32,368 nucleotides of DNA from Candidatus Heimdallarchaeota archaeon. Its GTDB lineage: Archaea > Asgardarchaeota > Heimdallarchaeia > Heimdallarchaeales > Heimdallarchaeaceae. Location: positions 1 to 32,368 of the forward strand of contig JAHLWR010000031.1 in assembly GCA_019057815.1 (NCBI GenBank), given 5' to 3'. The position numbers and the translations under genes are program-made. Below the pieces are notes generated by a model. It was not told where the DNA came from. It searched no databases and saw nothing but the letters and a program-made list of their open reading frames with translations. Shown here one piece after another: positions 29,078 through 32,368 of this stretch; the stretch's first letter is position 1; the number at the start of each line of letters is the position of its first letter.

Positions 29078-29806
29078 ATGGTACATCTTAATACCTTAAA
29101 AAATAAAATTTCAAGTTATCTAAAAGAAAATTACATAATAGAAAGTATTGATTATATTCCAACTGTTTCTAATCTTTCTTATGGAAATAGAGGTAAAATC
29201 CTTGATTTATGCGTTTTCAGTATTGATTTAAGAGATTCTACTAAAATGTTAAAAGAATTAGGAAGAGAGAAAGCGGGTCGAATCCATAAAGCTTTCTTAT
29301 ATGTTGTTGCAGAGATGGTTAAGGATAATGGAGGGAAAATCAGGAAATATACTGGAGATGGGCTTTTAGCTTTTTGGATTGGAAATGATAAAAACAAAAT
29401 TTCAAGTGCTGTAAAAACTGCTATGCAAATCAAGTATTTAGTTACTGTAGATAAATCTCCAATTAAGGAAATGTTTGATGAAAATATAAAACTTGATTTT
29501 GGCATAGGTATAGATATTGGAGAAGTCTATGTATTTAGAGCGGGTATATCTTCATCATATTCAGATGACAGTGACTTAATTTTCATGGGAAACTGTATTA
29601 ATTTTGCTGTATTTATTTCAAATAATATAGGGAGTCCAGAACATATTGAAATTTCAGATTCAACTTATAATATGTTAAATGATAATTTAATATATAGTAA
29701 TAAGAATGATGAGAAAGTTAATATGTGGAAAAGCAATGAAGTTGAGGGAAAAGAAGGAAGAAAACATAAAACAAAAACAATTTCCTGGTATTGGAGTGTA
29801 AGTTGA
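29078..29806 (+). CDS. Class III nucleotidyl cyclase, PycC-like
   Basis: N-terminal PT..LSYGN.G, metal ligands D50 (IDLRDST) and D94 (GD), GIGIDIG, and DLIFMGNCIN. Confidence 0.88.
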   Translation: MVHLNTLKNKISSYLKENYIIESIDYIPTVSNLSYGNRGKILDLCVFSIDLRDSTKMLKELGREKAGRIHKAFLYVVAEMVKDNGGKIRKYTGDGLLAFWIGNDKNKISSAVKTAMQIKYLVTVDKSPIKEMFDENIKLDFGIGIDIGEVYVFRAGISSSYSDDSDLIFMGNCINFAVFISNNIGSPEHIEISDSTYNMLNDNLIYSNKNDEKVNMWKSNEVEGKEGRKHKTKTISWYWSVS

Positions 29807-29836
29807 TAGTTATTTGCTAAATAAGGATTAGTTAAA

Positions 29837-31558
29837 ATGAGAATTGTAACTTTGAAATTAAAAAATATCCGCTGTTGGTATGATGAACATATTTTCAACT
29901 TAAACAAATATACTGCTTTTATTGGAGAAAATAGTACGGGAAAATCTGCATTACAAGATGTTATCTATTATGGTTTATTGAATCCCACGATATCAGTAGA
30001 TTTTGTTTCAAGGAACACATACTCAAACTCAAATATATCTCTAAAATTATCTTTCTCGAATAAGGAAATTCAATTTTTTGTTCAAGAACTTCAGAAAGAA
30101 ATTCCTAGAGAGGAAGACTTGACTTATTTATTAAATCGAAATATAGATTTATGGAACCATCTAGTTGTTAAAAGAAAGAAATTAAGTAATGTAGCATTGA
30201 CAGTAAACGAACATCTAGTTTTGTATATTGTGAATCAATATAAATTAGAGGTTGAATCTTATGATCAATATATACGAACTTTAGTTAAAAGAGAAATATC
30301 AACTTACCAGCCTGTAATTGATCATATTGCTTACAATCTTAAACTACAAATACAAAATCATTTGAAAAATTCTATTGTTAGATTGCCTTCCTTACGAAAA
30401 TTATCAAATAGTGAAAGTGTAACGACAAGTGCTAGTTTTTCTACATACCATGACGGTAAGAATTTAAGAGGTCTATTGTTTAACGCAAAAAACTCACGTG
30501 AGATATCATCTAGATATAGATTTGAGATATTTCAGGAAATTGTGCAAAATTGGAGCTTTACACCGGGTAGACCAGAATTATTAGCCAAAACAGCAGAAAA
30601 TGTAGATCTATTTTTTGTAGATCAAAACGAAAATCAGTACAAAATTGAAGAAGTAGGCGATGGAATCAAAGAAGCAGTTATAATTGCAGGAATTAGTATT
30701 TTACAGCCTGACAGAATTATTTTAATTGAGGAGCCAGAGCTACATTTACATCCTAGAGCTCTTAGAGAGTTAAGAGAATTATTAAAACATGAACTTACAG
30801 GACAAGTTATTATTTCTACACACAATCCTGTTTTCGTTAATGAAATTGATGATAATTCTACTATTTTTAAAATTGTGAAGAAAGCTCAAAAATCTAAAGC
30901 TATAGAAATAAAAAACAAGGAAGATTTGCTCAACTTTAGAAGGGAATTTGGATTATTTAATAGTGATTTCCTTTTTGAAGACATTTTAGTTTTCGTTGAA
31001 GGAAAAATCGATGTTCAGGTTTTTAGTAGTTGGTTTGAAATACTTTATCCTGAAGATATGTCTGTTCGTTTCATATCAATGGGAGGTAAAGGAGATGTTT
31101 CTTCGACTATTGCTTTATCTCTTGTTCTTCAACTAGATCAATCTTTTAATTACTTTGTAATTCTTGATAAAGATGAAGAAACAAAGGAAGAGATTGAAAA
31201 CAAAATTATTACTAGTTTAAAGGGAAAAATACCTAAACTATTAGAAGAAATCGGAGAAGAAGTACTTAAAGAGAAAATTATAGTTCTTTCTAGAAAAAAC
31301 TTAGAGGAGTATTTTGATAAAGCAACTAGAATTTTTGCAGAACTATTGAAAATAGATGAAAAGGAAGTAATAGAGTTCTTTGAAAAATCTTCTATGAGCT
31401 TGAATAGAAAACTTAGAAGATTATTTTATAAATATGGTAAGGGTAATTACAAGATTTTCAAGAAATCTAAACATATACCCTTAATCGCTGAAAAGTTGAA
31501 AAAAGAGGATATTAGTGGGGAAATAATAAAAATATTTCAACTTTTCAAGACCAAGTAA
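29837..31558 (+). CDS. OLD-family ABC-ATPase/TOPRIM nuclease
   Basis: Walker A GENSTGKS, Walker B IEEPELHLHP, STHNP, and TOPRIM FVEGKID plus DKD. Confidence 0.88.
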   Translation: MRIVTLKLKNIRCWYDEHIFNLNKYTAFIGENSTGKSALQDVIYYGLLNPTISVDFVSRNTYSNSNISLKLSFSNKEIQFFVQELQKEIPREEDLTYLLNRNIDLWNHLVVKRKKLSNVALTVNEHLVLYIVNQYKLEVESYDQYIRTLVKREISTYQPVIDHIAYNLKLQIQNHLKNSIVRLPSLRKLSNSESVTTSASFSTYHDGKNLRGLLFNAKNSREISSRYRFEIFQEIVQNWSFTPGRPELLAKTAENVDLFFVDQNENQYKIEEVGDGIKEAVIIAGISILQPDRIILIEEPELHLHPRALRELRELLKHELTGQVIISTHNPVFVNEIDDNSTIFKIVKKAQKSKAIEIKNKEDLLNFRREFGLFNSDFLFEDILVFVEGKIDVQVFSSWFEILYPEDMSVRFISMGGKGDVSSTIALSLVLQLDQSFNYFVILDKDEETKEEIENKIITSLKGKIPKLLEEIGEEVLKEKIIVLSRKNLEEYFDKATRIFAELLKIDEKEVIEFFEKSSMSLNRKLRRLFYKYGKGNYKIFKKSKHIPLIAEKLKKEDISGEIIKIFQLFKTK

Positions 31559-31578
31559 TTAAAAAACCATACATAAAA

Positions 31579-32323
31579 GTGAGAACTTTGAATGAAAAAA
31601 ATGAGACTAAAAAGACTCTAAATGAGAAAAAGAAAGAAATGGAAAAAATATATAGAAAAAGATTTGGGAATACTAGTTATATTTCTCTTCCTACAAAAAC
31701 TCGTGAAAGAATTCTACAGGAAATCGAGCTTGAAAGAACAAAAAATATTCAGTTTATCGACAAGGTTGATAATATTCATTCAAATACTTATGTCGATAAT
31801 ATTTACTATCATTGGCTTAGCTTCTACTTTAATTATAGCTCAGCTTGTTTATCAGCAAGAAGTTTGAATATTATTATACAGGCAATTCTGGACATTTATT
31901 GGTTTTGTAATTGGAATTGTTCTTCTTATGGTTTTTTTCTACATAAAACAGAGGATGGTTCAGAAATCACCAAAACTGCTTCTTTTGGATGAATTAAAAA
32001 AAGATGAAGGCAATCAATCAGCTGTACAAAATGAAGAGATTCTTGTATTATCAATTTTAAATGACATTAGCGAAATAGAAGATATTTCAAAATCAAAAAA
32101 AACTCTGCTTACCGTTCATTTGTTTTTTACTTGTCTTTTTTTCGTTTTAATAATTCTTATTACTTGACTTGCATTTACTGTTGAAGGAGTAGACGTTGAA
32201 TTTTTCTTATGGATTTATATAATTTCTGATGCTTTAAACTTCGTTTTAGTAAGCATTTCCATAATTATTGGGAGTATTTTAGTATTTAGTTTATTATTTG
32301 ATATGCTACCAATTGTTAACTAA
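31579..32323 (+). pseudogene. Disrupted multi-TM membrane protein
   Basis: One hydrophobic frame runs 31622-32323 through two in-frame TGA codons (31865, 32165). The soluble N-terminus seems to lie in another frame (from 31579). Confidence 0.6.
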
Positions 32324-32368
32324 ACCCACCTTGGTAACAGTTTAAAATGATGGGTTACGGAGGGTATG

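Noticed and set aside
7031-30825. Numerous short antisense or overlapping ORFs in the ORF track (e.g. 7356..7625, 21214..21618, 25305..25652, 29179..29505)
   Set aside because: They are shadows of well-supported genes and carry no motifs.
27425-31558. Septu, Gabija or retron assignment for HNH plus ATPase
   Set aside because: The ATPase carries its own TOPRIM domain, the HNH is not adjacent, and there is no UvrD or RT.
31865-32167. Genome-wide TGA recoding or selenocysteine
   Set aside because: TGA terminates intact genes here (DRG, cyclase), TGG is used for Trp, and the context is not redox-like.
32349-32368. GC-richer tail GGGTTACGGAGGG as a possible tRNA 3' end or att site
   Set aside because: The T-loop consensus is not met and the sequence is cut by the window edge.
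1-32368. CRISPR array, rRNA or tRNA genes
   Set aside because: No regularly spaced repeats or recognisable structural RNA genes seen.

Overview
This is a low-GC (about 30%) archaeal window, most likely from an Asgard archaeon (Heimdallarchaeia-like). That placement is inferred from GGTGA-type RBSs, archaeal toxin-antitoxin (TA) families, a DRG GTPase, and a large surface protein with a cytoplasmic longin-like domain. Positions 1-8000 hold compact housekeeping genes: nitroreductase, NTP transferase, GNAT, PaaI thioesterase, ferredoxin, RNase J-like protein, Lrp/AsnC domain and DRG GTPase. From about 8200 the window is accessory and partly decaying. It contains a solo TnpB with a rearranged RuvC-II, a sensor pseudogene interrupted by a 307-bp ORF-less, hairpin-dense insertion flanked by ATTAGAC repeats, a response regulator, truncated TGT-like and DUF6884-like genes, and an orphan VapB. 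A cluster of MNT-HEPN TA modules follows (two intact, several remnants). The window ends in a co-oriented defence island: type I restriction-modification (hsdM, two hsdS, hsdR, M48/YgjP-like), an HNH protein with His->Tyr at the catalytic site, a Pycsar-like TM effector plus class III cyclase with atypical specificity residues, and an OLD-family ATPase-TOPRIM nuclease. The best candidates for something new are the structured non-coding insertion (possibly a non-autonomous IS110/bridge-RNA-like element) and the atypical Pycsar-like module next to OLD.
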